Source of the DNA: a virus
Length of the DNA stretch: 64,000 nt
Direction: 5' to 3' (one strand)
IMG/VR virus record: IMGVR_UViG_3300027734_000055
Location: 1 to 64,000 of that record
Shown here piece by piece: positions 10,804 to 20,489 of the stretch. Below the pieces are notes generated by a model. The model saw nothing but the letters and a program-made list of their open reading frames with translations, had not been told where the DNA came from and ran no database searches. Each line of letters starts with the position of its first letter. The first letter of the stretch is position 1. The position numbers and the translations under genes were made by a program.

Positions 10804-11720
10804 TGTCTTTATTGCAAGCACTAATCGCATCTTCTCAAACAAGAATACCACTTTCTGTTACTTTAGCTTCTAATACAGCTAATTACTCATTAGATATATC
10901 TACTATATCCGGATATATTGCTACTATTTCAGATATTACTATTACTGTAAATAGCGGAGTGTACGTATATTCAACAACTACCGCTGGCTACGGTATGAAT
11001 TTAACTGGCGGCACAGCAGGCGACACACTTACTATAGTAAATAACGGATTTATTATAGGCCAAGGCGGTCAAGGTGCTAGTTATCCGGCTGCAACAGGAA
11101 ATGGTAACCCTGGGGGACCTGCTCTTAATATACCCATAAGTGCTACAATTAATAATACTAATGGCGGGGCTTTCATAGCTGGTGGTGGAGGTGGTGGAGC
11201 TGCTTGGATATCATCTTCAGTAGTCAATGGTGGAGGTGGAGGCGGTGCTGGTGGAGGTGCTGGCGGAGATGGCAATAATCAGGCTGGAACGACAGTAACT
11301 GGAGGTGCTGGTGGTGGACTAGGTGCATCAGGCAGTGCTGGAGCTTCAGGTACAAGTGGCCAACCTGGTGGGGGTGCTGGTGGTGGTGGTGGTAGAATAT
11401 TACCTGGTACAGGAGGTTCTGGTGGAACATCTTCATCTATTCTTGCTCCTGGACAAGGTGGTGGTGCAGGTGGTGGTGGTGAAGGTGGTGGCGGTAATAC
11501 TGGTGGTGCTGGCGGATCAGCAAATGGTGCAGGAAATCCTCCATCTAATCCTTTCTACTCATCTGCTGGCGGAGGCGGCTGGGGAGCTTCTGGCGGTTCT
11601 ACTAGTGGCGCTGGTACAGGCGGTTCTGGTGGAAGCGGGGGTAAAGCCGTTAACCTTAATGGTAATTCAGTAACTTGGGTATCAGGTGATACTTCTAGAA
11701 TATATGGCGCAGTATCATAA
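10803..11720 (+). CDS. Glycine-rich adhesin-like protein
   Basis: Start adjusted to ATG 10803 (TAATG overlap); paralogue of 7432..8466. Confidence 0.75.
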   Translation: MSLLQALIASSQTRIPLSVTLASNTANYSLDISTISGYIATISDITITVNSGVYVYSTTTAGYGMNLTGGTAGDTLTIVNNGFIIGQGGQGASYPAATGNGNPGGPALNIPISATINNTNGGAFIAGGGGGGAAWISSSVVNGGGGGGAGGGAGGDGNNQAGTTVTGGAGGGLGASGSAGASGTSGQPGGGAGGGGGRILPGTGGSGGTSSSILAPGQGGGAGGGGEGGGGNTGGAGGSANGAGNPPSNPFYSSAGGGGWGASGGSTSGAGTGGSGGSGGKAVNLNGNSVTWVSGDTSRIYGAVS

Positions 11721-11992
11721 TGAATATGGAAAAAATTACAAGCATGTTGTTCCCAGTGATAGTCTCGGCTATTGCTTGGTTACTTACTTCAATGGCGTCT
11801 ATACAAGCAGACCTCATCAGCATCAAATCTAAAATGCCTAACCTTATTACAGAACAAGGTGTGCCAACTGATAGTCCTATATCTGCTGAAGCTAGAGCTA
11901 AATTAAAAGAAGAATTAAAAGTGCAGATGGGCGAACTTAATGTACGTATTAGAATTTTAGAAGAACATGATATGCAAAGAAAGGGTAAATAA
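11720..11992 (+). CDS. Membrane-anchored lysis-region protein (possible spanin/antiholin)
   Basis: N-terminal hydrophobic helix plus coiled-coil; directly before holin. Confidence 0.45.
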   Translation: MNMEKITSMLFPVIVSAIAWLLTSMASIQADLISIKSKMPNLITEQGVPTDSPISAEARAKLKEELKVQMGELNVRIRILEEHDMQRKGK

Positions 11993-12477
11993 TGTTTAGT
12001 ATATTAAGCTCCATATTAGGTTTTGCTACTGCAGGTTTACCTAGCATATTAGGATTCTTTCAACAAAAAGGAGATCAAGCTCATGAACGTGAAATGGCAA
12101 GATTACAAAACGAGCAAGCTATGGCTATGGCTCAACAAGGTTTTCAATCACAAGAAAAAGTAGCAGCTATTGAATTGGAGGGTACTTATGCAGAAACATT
12201 CGCACAAGAAAGACAAGCACTTTATGAACATGATGCTAAATTGGTTCACGATGCAGCCCCATGGGTTAGAACTCTTAATGCAGCTGTCCGTCCTATTGTT
12301 GCTTTCACTTTTGTAGGACTACTTATATTTGTAGATGTAGCAGGTTTTATTTGGGCTGTACAAACTGTAGGGTTTAGTCGAGAGTCTATGGATGTTATAT
12401 TTTCATCAGATGAAATGGCTATTGTGGGTTCTATTATTGGCTTCTATTTTGGAGCTAGAACTTGGGAAAAGAAATAA
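11992..12477 (+). CDS. Holin (3TM, GTA-holin-like)
   Basis: Hydrophobic segments, VRP..AF motif and C-terminal IIGFYFGAR; adjacent to lysozyme. Confidence 0.7.
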   Translation: MFSILSSILGFATAGLPSILGFFQQKGDQAHEREMARLQNEQAMAMAQQGFQSQEKVAAIELEGTYAETFAQERQALYEHDAKLVHDAAPWVRTLNAAVRPIVAFTFVGLLIFVDVAGFIWAVQTVGFSRESMDVIFSSDEMAIVGSIIGFYFGARTWEKK

Positions 12478-12927
12478 GTGAATGTATCAAAAGCTGGCAT
12501 CGCTCTTATTAAACATCACGAAGGCGTGCGTAGTCGTCCCTATCGTTGCCCTGCAAACTTGTGGACTGTTGGTGTGGGTCACCTTATCGGGAATGGCAAA
12601 TTGTTGCCTGATTCTTATAACAGAACTTTTTCGGAAGAAGAAATAGATGGGCTTCTTAAATCAGACTTACGACGCTTCGAGCTTGGAATATCTAAGATGT
12701 TACCTAACGTGCCTCTTCGACAATGTGAATTTGATTGCCTTGTATCTTTTGCCTTTAATCTTGGCTTGGGTACATTTCAACGATCAACACTCCGTCAAGC
12801 GCTTCTTCGTGGGGATAAGAAAAAAGCTATGGAATCATTAATAAAATATTGTCGTGCAAGCGGTAAAATACTGAAAGGTCTGCAAACTCGCAGATTGGAT
12901 GAGAAAGCACTCTTTGAAGGTAAATAA
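12478..12927 (+). CDS. Endolysin, GH24 phage lysozyme
   Basis: HEGVRSRPYRCPANLWTVGVGH = E-x8-C-x5-T triad; FAFNLG, GLQTRR..E motifs; GTG start. Confidence 0.92.
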   Translation: MNVSKAGIALIKHHEGVRSRPYRCPANLWTVGVGHLIGNGKLLPDSYNRTFSEEEIDGLLKSDLRRFELGISKMLPNVPLRQCEFDCLVSFAFNLGLGTFQRSTLRQALLRGDKKKAMESLIKYCRASGKILKGLQTRRLDEKALFEGK

Positions 12928-14927
12928 TGGCACTAAGTAAATTAGTATTTAAACCAGGAGTTAATCGAGATCAGACTAATTACGCCTCTGAAGGTGGATG
13001 GTATGAAACTCAGCTTGTCCGATTTAGATCAGGGTTCCCAGAAAAGTTTGGCGGTTGGACTGTATCTAACATTACACCCTATACAGATTCTGCCCGTTCT
13101 ATATTTAGTTGGTCTACAACTGATGGATCTAACTTAATAGGTATTGGTACTAACTCAAGAGTATATGTAGGTTCAGGTACAACACTTTATGATATTACTC
13201 CTATCTATGCAACTTATACGCATTCAACAACACCTAGTACAGATAATTGTATAGGTACAACTAATGCTTCTAAAACTGTAACTGTTACTATTACAGGACA
13301 TGGTGCTACAACAGGAACTTATGTAACATTTAGTGGTATTGTAGGTACAGGATCTCCACAAAAAATTGGTGGTATTCCAATTACTGAAATGAATACAACA
13401 GTGCAAGTGACAGTTATAGATGCTAATGTATTTACATTTGAGGCGACTACTACTGCAACATCTACAACAACAGCACAAGGTGGTACTGCAATCACTGCGG
13501 TTGTTTATATGCCAGCAGGATATCCTATTACTACAGCAGGTTATGGTTGGGGTACTTCTACATGGGGTCGTGATACTTGGGGTTCTGGTTCTACACTTCC
13601 TGTATTCCAGCCAGCTAGACTTATTTTTATGGATAAGTTTAATAATGATTTACTATTTAATACTCAGTACGATACTGTATCAGGTGCAGGTGGCGATATT
13701 TATTACTGGGCTTTCGACCCGTCATTTGGTACACGAGCTGTATTATTAAGTTCTGTATCTGGTGCTGTAGCCGTACCTCAAAAAGTAGGTAAAATTTTAT
13801 TTGCCCCACAAGGTTTCTTATTTGCATTAGGGTGCACTAATTATGATCCGATAGCTTCTCCACCTGATTATTTAGGTACTTATGATCCATTACTTATTCG
13901 TTGGTCTAACGTTGATCCTGATATTGGTCCTGAGCCTGAAAATTGGCAACCTACTTTAACTAATACTTCTGGGTTCTTACGACTACAGTCAGGCTCACGA
14001 ATTGTTAGTGCAATTAATACCAGACAAGAAACACTAGTATTTACTAATACATCACTTACTTCTATTCAATATTTAGGTACGGCAGAAGTATTTGGATTGC
14101 AAGAGTTATCTCATAACATATCTATCATTGGAGCTAACGCCGTTGTAGGTTCTAATAATATTACTTATTGGATGGGCCGAGATAGATTCTATACTTATTC
14201 TGGTCGTGTAGATACATTACCTTGCACATTAAGACAATATATATTTACTGATATTAACTATACACAAAGTGCGCTTATATTTGCAGGAGTTAACAATAAG
14301 TTTACAGAGATTATTTGGTTCTATCCTTCAGCTGGCTCAGATGAGATTGATCGTTATGTTGTATTTAATTATCTTGAGAACATTTGGTATTATGGCAATT
14401 TAGAAAGAACTGCATGGATTGATTCTGGCGTATTTAATAACCCTATTGGATTAGCTAGTGATATTAATGGTGATGGCTGGGTATATCAACAGGAAAATGG
14501 TACAGATGATGGTCAACCTTTAGGCGCTCCTCCACTTCCTATTACTGCGTTTATTCAGTCAGCGGATATAGATATTAGTGACGGTGATAAATACATGTTA
14601 ATTCGTCGTGTAATTCCAGATATCAACTTCAGAGGGTCTGAAACTACTAATCCAGTAACAGGTGCTACTATAGTTCCCGAAGCTGATATTACTGTAGGTG
14701 TGCGTAATTTCCCCGGTGCTGCAAATTCTACAACAAATGCTGAAGGTCAAACAACAGATGCTACCATTGTAACTGCTACTGCTACAATAGATCAATATAC
14801 GAATCAAGTATTTATTAGAGCCCGTGGCCGTCAAATGAATTTTAGTATTAGTTCAGATACAGTAGGTACACAATGGCAACTAGGCCTACCTAGAGTTGAT
14901 GGACGCCCAGACGGAACGAGAAACTAA
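12927..14927 (+). CDS. Tail nozzle / packaged-DNA stabilisation protein (P22 gp10-like)
   Basis: 666 aa beta-rich; FKPGVNR..T.Y..EGGW, IRWS, EIIWFYPS, RARGRQ motifs; lies before ejection proteins. Confidence 0.65.
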   Translation: MALSKLVFKPGVNRDQTNYASEGGWYETQLVRFRSGFPEKFGGWTVSNITPYTDSARSIFSWSTTDGSNLIGIGTNSRVYVGSGTTLYDITPIYATYTHSTTPSTDNCIGTTNASKTVTVTITGHGATTGTYVTFSGIVGTGSPQKIGGIPITEMNTTVQVTVIDANVFTFEATTTATSTTTAQGGTAITAVVYMPAGYPITTAGYGWGTSTWGRDTWGSGSTLPVFQPARLIFMDKFNNDLLFNTQYDTVSGAGGDIYYWAFDPSFGTRAVLLSSVSGAVAVPQKVGKILFAPQGFLFALGCTNYDPIASPPDYLGTYDPLLIRWSNVDPDIGPEPENWQPTLTNTSGFLRLQSGSRIVSAINTRQETLVFTNTSLTSIQYLGTAEVFGLQELSHNISIIGANAVVGSNNITYWMGRDRFYTYSGRVDTLPCTLRQYIFTDINYTQSALIFAGVNNKFTEIIWFYPSAGSDEIDRYVVFNYLENIWYYGNLERTAWIDSGVFNNPIGLASDINGDGWVYQQENGTDDGQPLGAPPLPITAFIQSADIDISDGDKYMLIRRVIPDINFRGSETTNPVTGATIVPEADITVGVRNFPGAANSTTNAEGQTTDATIVTATATIDQYTNQVFIRARGRQMNFSISSDTVGTQWQLGLPRVDGRPDGTRN

Positions 14928-15223
14928 TGGCTAACATAATAAAAACAAAAGCGCCTAACTTACCTATACCTACAATTGCGTATAGCCAAACATATCAAGA
15001 ATCATTTAGTAATGCACAACGTCTTTATTTTAATACGCTTGATGCAGCTAACGGGCAAACAATTGACGCAGTAAATACTTTATCAACACCCAGTGCAGGG
15101 ATTACAGCAGCTCGTCCAAGTACAGGTTTACAAGTAGGACAGTTTTATTTTGATACTACTATAAATAGACCCATTTGGTGGACTGGAAGTAATTGGATAA
15201 ATGCTGCAGGAACCGTAGTATAA
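14927..15223 (+). CDS. Small tail-associated protein
   Basis: RLYFN motif and GQFYFDTT..PIWW.G..W short repeat domain. Confidence 0.55.
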   Translation: MANIIKTKAPNLPIPTIAYSQTYQESFSNAQRLYFNTLDAANGQTIDAVNTLSTPSAGITAARPSTGLQVGQFYFDTTINRPIWWTGSNWINAAGTVV

Positions 15224-15270
15224 GGCTTAGAAACATGATATTATTAGCACATATTTAAGGACTTTCAATT

Positions 15271-17451
15271 ATGACAACATCCCACACAGCTCAAGGTTTA
15301 GCTTCTCTAGGTCGTAACGGCGACTCAATGCTCGTTCATATGAGTCCTCACGAGGTTGCAGGACTTAATTATCTTGCAAAAAAACAAGGCACTAAACTTA
15401 CTGTTAACCCAGATACAGGCCTTCCAGAAGCGTTTAGTCTAGGCGGGTTCTTTAGTTCATTATTACCTACTTTAGTAGGTGGCGCTTTTGGATTTGGTGC
15501 AGCCCCTTTATGGGCAGGTATAGCAGCGGGAGCGGCAACAGGAGCTGTAACTAATAAAAAGAACCCATTGATGGGGGCTTTAATGGGGGGACTAGGCGGT
15601 TATGGAGGTATGGGTATCGGTGACGCCCTATCTAAAACTATGGCTATTACTAGCCCTGCTTCAATAGCTTCTCCTGCAGCACAATCAGCTGTATCGGGTA
15701 TAGGACCAGGTGCAATAGGCACTACAGGAGAAATAGGTGGTGCTAATTTAATTGGTAGTGGTATTGCTGGGGGTACAGCAGGAACTAATGCTGCTGCGTC
15801 AAATATTTTTGGGGCGATGAAGAATTCAGGTGTTAATATAGCTGATCCTATAGCACAAGACGCTGCTAAAAATGCGCTACAATCAATTCCTAAAACATCA
15901 AACTTTTCTGGTATAAATATGGATCCTACTTCTAAGTTCTTGGAGCCAACAGTATTCGACCAAGGTTATGGCGCTTCTATAGCCCAGCCTAGTGGTACTG
16001 CGGGCGGATCTACATTAATAGGTGAAGCTAGAAATTTAGGTAATAGTGCATTATCAAACCAAAGCCCTCTTATTGCAGGAGCGATGTCAAGTTCACCTAC
16101 TCCAGGATTTGGAGAAACATTCATAGATCAATTAGGTGGTAATAGTGCTGCCATGAAAAAATTAGGTCTTCCATTAGGTGGGGCTGTATTAGGCGGACTA
16201 GAACCTTCTGATATTTATGGTAATCCTATTAAGCCAAAAGAAGATAAATACGATCCATACGCTACATTAAATTTAAGTAATGATACAGGTCTTCGGTTAG
16301 TTGCTAAAGGTGGCTATATTGATGGATATGCAGTAGGTGGAGTAGTATCTAATCCTTCAGTAGGTGGAGGTATTTCCGATTTATATAACAGACCTGAAGG
16401 TCAAGCCACTGAAACAATTTCAGAAGACGGTTATGGTATTGGTAGATTAAATACTTTAGCTGGGCAAGAGGCATTAAATAATGCTAAGACTTTAGGCTAT
16501 GCAATGGGCGGTCCGGTAAGTTTTGCTGATGGTGGTGACGCTATGAAATTACAAGATGAAATTACACCTATTGATCAAAGTATGGGATTAGGTAATCTAA
16601 GTGCTACTGTGCCTCCTCCTGCAGGACAAGCAATGCAAGCTAACCAAGTTCAAAATACAGCGTCAGCGTTATCAGATACAGCAAGTTCAGAAGGTAGTAT
16701 TGTTGCCCAAGTAGCAAACAATTTAAGAAACGATCCTAACTACCAACCAAAGAATCCTATTGAAGCTGCTATCGTAAAACAAATGAAAGGTACTGAGCCT
16801 ACAGACCAAGGAAAACAAGCACAAGGTTTGGGTTCGATTGCGCCTAGCCAACCTATGGCACCAAGTTATAATCCGTCAGTTGCTATGGGCCCAACATATT
16901 ATGCTGGCATGAATGCACCTCGTGGATTTGCTGATGGTGGCGATGTAGCTAGTGGCGATTTATCTGCAGAAAGCGCGGCTGACTTAGTAGCATTCCAAAT
17001 GGCTCAAGCTAATAATCCTTCAGGTTTATATGGCGCTAATAGTCAAGGTTATGGTATTACTGCACCAACAAGAAATCCTACTGTTCCTTCATATAGTGTT
17101 TCTCCAGAAATGCAAAGATCCATGGCGATGAGAGATTTAGAGAGACAAAGATTAGAAGCTCTTGTTGCACCCTCATATAGACCAAGAGGTTATGCGCATG
17201 GCGGTTACTTAGATGGCGCTGGTGATGGTATGTCTGACTCAATACCTGCTACAATAGAAGGTAAACAGCCAGCACGTTTAGCAGACGGTGAATTCGTAGT
17301 ACCAGCAGATGTTGTAAGTCATTTAGGTAATGGTTCATCTAAGGCAGGGTCAAAGAGACTTTATGCTATGTTAGACAAAGTAAGAAAAGCTAGAACAGGT
17401 CATACTAAACAAGGTAAAGAAATTAATCCTAGTAAATACATGCCTGCATGA
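15271..17451 (+). CDS. Internal virion / ejection protein
   Basis: Gly/Ala-rich with hydrophobic segments; six [FYV]AxGG motifs; C-terminal GxGDGMSDSIPA...LADGEFV domain of tape-measure type. Confidence 0.65.
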   Translation: MTTSHTAQGLASLGRNGDSMLVHMSPHEVAGLNYLAKKQGTKLTVNPDTGLPEAFSLGGFFSSLLPTLVGGAFGFGAAPLWAGIAAGAATGAVTNKKNPLMGALMGGLGGYGGMGIGDALSKTMAITSPASIASPAAQSAVSGIGPGAIGTTGEIGGANLIGSGIAGGTAGTNAAASNIFGAMKNSGVNIADPIAQDAAKNALQSIPKTSNFSGINMDPTSKFLEPTVFDQGYGASIAQPSGTAGGSTLIGEARNLGNSALSNQSPLIAGAMSSSPTPGFGETFIDQLGGNSAAMKKLGLPLGGAVLGGLEPSDIYGNPIKPKEDKYDPYATLNLSNDTGLRLVAKGGYIDGYAVGGVVSNPSVGGGISDLYNRPEGQATETISEDGYGIGRLNTLAGQEALNNAKTLGYAMGGPVSFADGGDAMKLQDEITPIDQSMGLGNLSATVPPPAGQAMQANQVQNTASALSDTASSEGSIVAQVANNLRNDPNYQPKNPIEAAIVKQMKGTEPTDQGKQAQGLGSIAPSQPMAPSYNPSVAMGPTYYAGMNAPRGFADGGDVASGDLSAESAADLVAFQMAQANNPSGLYGANSQGYGITAPTRNPTVPSYSVSPEMQRSMAMRDLERQRLEALVAPSYRPRGYAHGGYLDGAGDGMSDSIPATIEGKQPARLADGEFVVPADVVSHLGNGSSKAGSKRLYAMLDKVRKARTGHTKQGKEINPSKYMPA

Positions 17452-17861
17452 ACATCGTACAAATCGTAGCGCCCAATAACATATATAATGTTTGGGAAGA
17501 TGTAAAAGAATATTTAAATGCTTCTATTAATGTAAGCGGCGGGGATTTTACTTTAGACCAATTAAAATTAATATTGGCTAGAGGTGAACAAACATTATTA
17601 GTATCTGTTGATGAAAAAGGCATACTTAATGGCGCGATGACTGTAGAGTTTTCTAATCGTCCTAATAACCGAGTGATGTTTATTACAGCATTAGGTGGAA
17701 ATGGTATAGTAAATAAAGACACATTCGACCAAGTAGAATCATGGGCTAGAATGCAAGGTGCAACAAAAGTAAGTGCATGGGCACAAGAAGCGCAAGCAAG
17801 GTTGTACAAAATCAAATCAAATTTTAATACTGTAAGATACGTTGTGGAGAAAGATTTATGA
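17448..17861 (+). CDS. Hypothetical protein, possible GNAT-fold internal virion protein
   Basis: Size and position among ejection genes; pattern ..ITALGG....WAR..GA..V. Confidence 0.4.
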   Translation: MNIVQIVAPNNIYNVWEDVKEYLNASINVSGGDFTLDQLKLILARGEQTLLVSVDEKGILNGAMTVEFSNRPNNRVMFITALGGNGIVNKDTFDQVESWARMQGATKVSAWAQEAQARLYKIKSNFNTVRYVVEKDL

Positions 17862-18961
17862 AATTATTTAATTTGTTTAACTGGGTTACTAATCTAGTAG
17901 AAGCATTTACATTTTATGGCGGTGGTGACTCTGGTGGTGGAGGCTCTCAAACTTCTACTTCTTATTCTACTAACTTACCTGAATATGCAAAGCCCTACTA
18001 TGAAGAGCTTTTAAAACAAACAGGTAAAAATGTTTATACGACTGATGCCTCAGGTACTGTTACAGGCGTTAAAGGTATGCCTACTTATACTGGGGAAAGA
18101 ATTGCAGGATTTACTCCAGAACAATTAAAAGTTCAATCTGATGTAGCAGGTATGACGAGACCTGGTGGTTTTGGTGCAGCTACTACAGGACTTGGTGTAG
18201 GACAAACTATGGGTTTCGGTGCTGCGGGTACTGGACTTTCTCAAGCATTTGGTTATACACCCACAACAACTTATGGGGGTACATTTACACCAGGCGCAGC
18301 TGCTGCTTATATGTCGCCTTATGCTTCTAATGTAACTGACATTGCTGTAGCCGAAGCGCGTAAACAAGCAGATTTAGATAGGTCTGCAGGTGCACTAGGT
18401 GCTATTGGTCGAGGTACATTTGGTGGCGCACGTCAAGCTTTATTACAAGCTGAACAAGGTAAAGGTGCTGCACAAAATATTGCTAATATTAGAGCTCGTG
18501 GTCAACAAGAAGCATATACAAATGCTCAACAACAATTCCAAGCTGACCAAGCTAGACGCTTACAAGCTGAACAACTTAATCAACAAGCACAACAATATCA
18601 AGCAGGACTTGGTAAAGACATCGGTCTTGCGGGTCTTACAACTGGTATTGAAGCTTCTGGTAAACAAGCAGCAGCAGCCGCAGCACAACAAACTGCTGAT
18701 CTAGAAAGATTAAAAGCACAAGCAGCTACGGGTGCTGAACAACAAGCTTACCAACAAAAAATTGACGATATTAAATATCAACAGTTCCAAGAACAAAATA
18801 ATTACCAAAAACAACAACTTGAATATCTCAGTAATATTCTTCGTGGTAATGCAGCGGCTCTTGGGTCAACTCAAGTTCAATATACACCACCACCTTCTAC
18901 TGTATCTCAAATTGGTGGTTTAGGTTTAGCTGGACTTGGTTTAATGAAAGCTTTAGGTTAA
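17858..18961 (+). CDS. Ejection / DNA pilot protein
   Basis: Gln/Ala-rich coiled-coil, YMSPY and FGGARQ motifs, hydrophobic Gly-rich C-terminus. Confidence 0.65.
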   Translation: MKLFNLFNWVTNLVEAFTFYGGGDSGGGGSQTSTSYSTNLPEYAKPYYEELLKQTGKNVYTTDASGTVTGVKGMPTYTGERIAGFTPEQLKVQSDVAGMTRPGGFGAATTGLGVGQTMGFGAAGTGLSQAFGYTPTTTYGGTFTPGAAAAYMSPYASNVTDIAVAEARKQADLDRSAGALGAIGRGTFGGARQALLQAEQGKGAAQNIANIRARGQQEAYTNAQQQFQADQARRLQAEQLNQQAQQYQAGLGKDIGLAGLTTGIEASGKQAAAAAAQQTADLERLKAQAATGAEQQAYQQKIDDIKYQQFQEQNNYQKQQLEYLSNILRGNAAALGSTQVQYTPPPSTVSQIGGLGLAGLGLMKALG

Positions 18962-18970
18962 GGATAAACT

Positions 18971-20488
18971 ATGAACATTATTAAATTACAAAATGAATTA
19001 AAAGGTGTGCCTGATGACGCACTTATTGGTTATGTTCAAAATCCTACAGGCACTGTACCTAGTTATTTAGCATTATCAGAATTACAACGCAGAAAAGAAA
19101 TGCGTGAAAAATATCAAGCCGCTCAACCAGAAAAGACAACTGTAGCTGAAGATTTAGCAGCACCACAACCACAAGGTATTGCGGCAATCCAACAACCTGC
19201 ACAAGCTCCTGTAGCAGAACCAGGTGTAGCAGGTCTTCCTGTACCTGATCAAATGTTCAGTGGCCAAGGTATGGCAGCTGGTGGTATCGTAGCGTTTGAT
19301 GATGGTGGCTATGTTAATCCTGGTTTAGTAGGAGGCCCTGTACAAGAATCATTACCTTGGTATTCAGGTATTAATGATTTTTTAAATAGAAATTTTGATT
19401 GGTCAGCTACAAATAGAGCAGCAAGAGAAAAAGGTATTGGAAATGAAGTAACTAATCCGTTTATTTCTGGTATGCCTAGAACTGATATTGCAGATGAATA
19501 CTTAATGCTTCGTCAAAAAGTTAATACAGGTAAAGGTACTTATCAAGATATTGATCGTATGAAACAAATTGAAGGTCAAGGTACTCCTGCAGCACAAGTT
19601 CCTACTGGTGGCGGTTATATACCTGGTCAAAAAACTCAAGCTGATATTCAATCTGATATTGATAAACAAAGGCAATTAGCTAAAGATAAAGAAGCTGCTA
19701 TTAAAAATGTATATGCACCTAAAGGTGGTGCAGCAAAAGAAAGTATTAAGAGCCTAGCTGATTATGCTAAAGAATTTAGAGATGTTGTAGGCGAAGATCC
19801 TATGCAAAAAGCTTTAATGAAAAGAATGGAATCTATGGATACAGCTGCAGCTAAACAAGCAGAACAAGCACCATGGATGGCATTAGCACAAGCTGGCTTC
19901 TCTATGGCCGGTGGTAAGTCTCCATATGCATTACAAAATATTGCAGCCGGTGCATTAGAAGGCGTTAAAACTTATGGTGACGCTAAAGATAAAATGGCTG
20001 CATTAGAAGATAAACGATTCAGTCTTATGGCTGATATGGCTAAATCTCAACGCGCTGAACAACTTGCTATTGCATCTAAAGGTGCTGATAGTCGTGATGC
20101 TGCGTTAGCTCGCGAACAACAAGATAGACTTAATAAAGAGAAGATGGCTAATGATATGCAAATCCATTTACTCGACAATACGTTTGACTTACGTGGTAAA
20201 GAAATTGCTGCGGCTCAAAAAGATCAACCTGATGCTACAGCAAGAGCTACTAAGATTTGGCCTTTAGTTCCTGAACAACAAGAATACAAAGATAAAATGA
20301 AGCAACTTATTAATACATTAGGTGATGAAGCTCCAACACCAGGTACTAGAAATCATAATAAATATCTTGAAGGTAGAAGAGCTATTGAAAACGAAGTCTA
20401 TAATAATTTAATTAGAAAACCTGGTATGGGCACAACTGGCGCACGATATACATTTGATGCGACTAGTGGAAAGATAATGCCACTCTAA
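18971..20488 (+). CDS. Internal virion / ejection protein
   Basis: Helical Ala/Lys/Glu-rich; MAAGGIVAFDDGG motif; in ejection cluster. Confidence 0.6.
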   Translation: MNIIKLQNELKGVPDDALIGYVQNPTGTVPSYLALSELQRRKEMREKYQAAQPEKTTVAEDLAAPQPQGIAAIQQPAQAPVAEPGVAGLPVPDQMFSGQGMAAGGIVAFDDGGYVNPGLVGGPVQESLPWYSGINDFLNRNFDWSATNRAAREKGIGNEVTNPFISGMPRTDIADEYLMLRQKVNTGKGTYQDIDRMKQIEGQGTPAAQVPTGGGYIPGQKTQADIQSDIDKQRQLAKDKEAAIKNVYAPKGGAAKESIKSLADYAKEFRDVVGEDPMQKALMKRMESMDTAAAKQAEQAPWMALAQAGFSMAGGKSPYALQNIAAGALEGVKTYGDAKDKMAALEDKRFSLMADMAKSQRAEQLAIASKGADSRDAALAREQQDRLNKEKMANDMQIHLLDNTFDLRGKEIAAAQKDQPDATARATKIWPLVPEQQEYKDKMKQLINTLGDEAPTPGTRNHNKYLEGRRAIENEVYNNLIRKPGMGTTGARYTFDATSGKIMPL

Positions 20489-20489
20489 A

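Noticed and set aside
7432-11720. Diversity-generating retroelement (TR/VR pair) between the Gly-rich paralogues
   Set aside because: No reverse transcriptase in the genome; both copies are coding and differences are not adenine-specific
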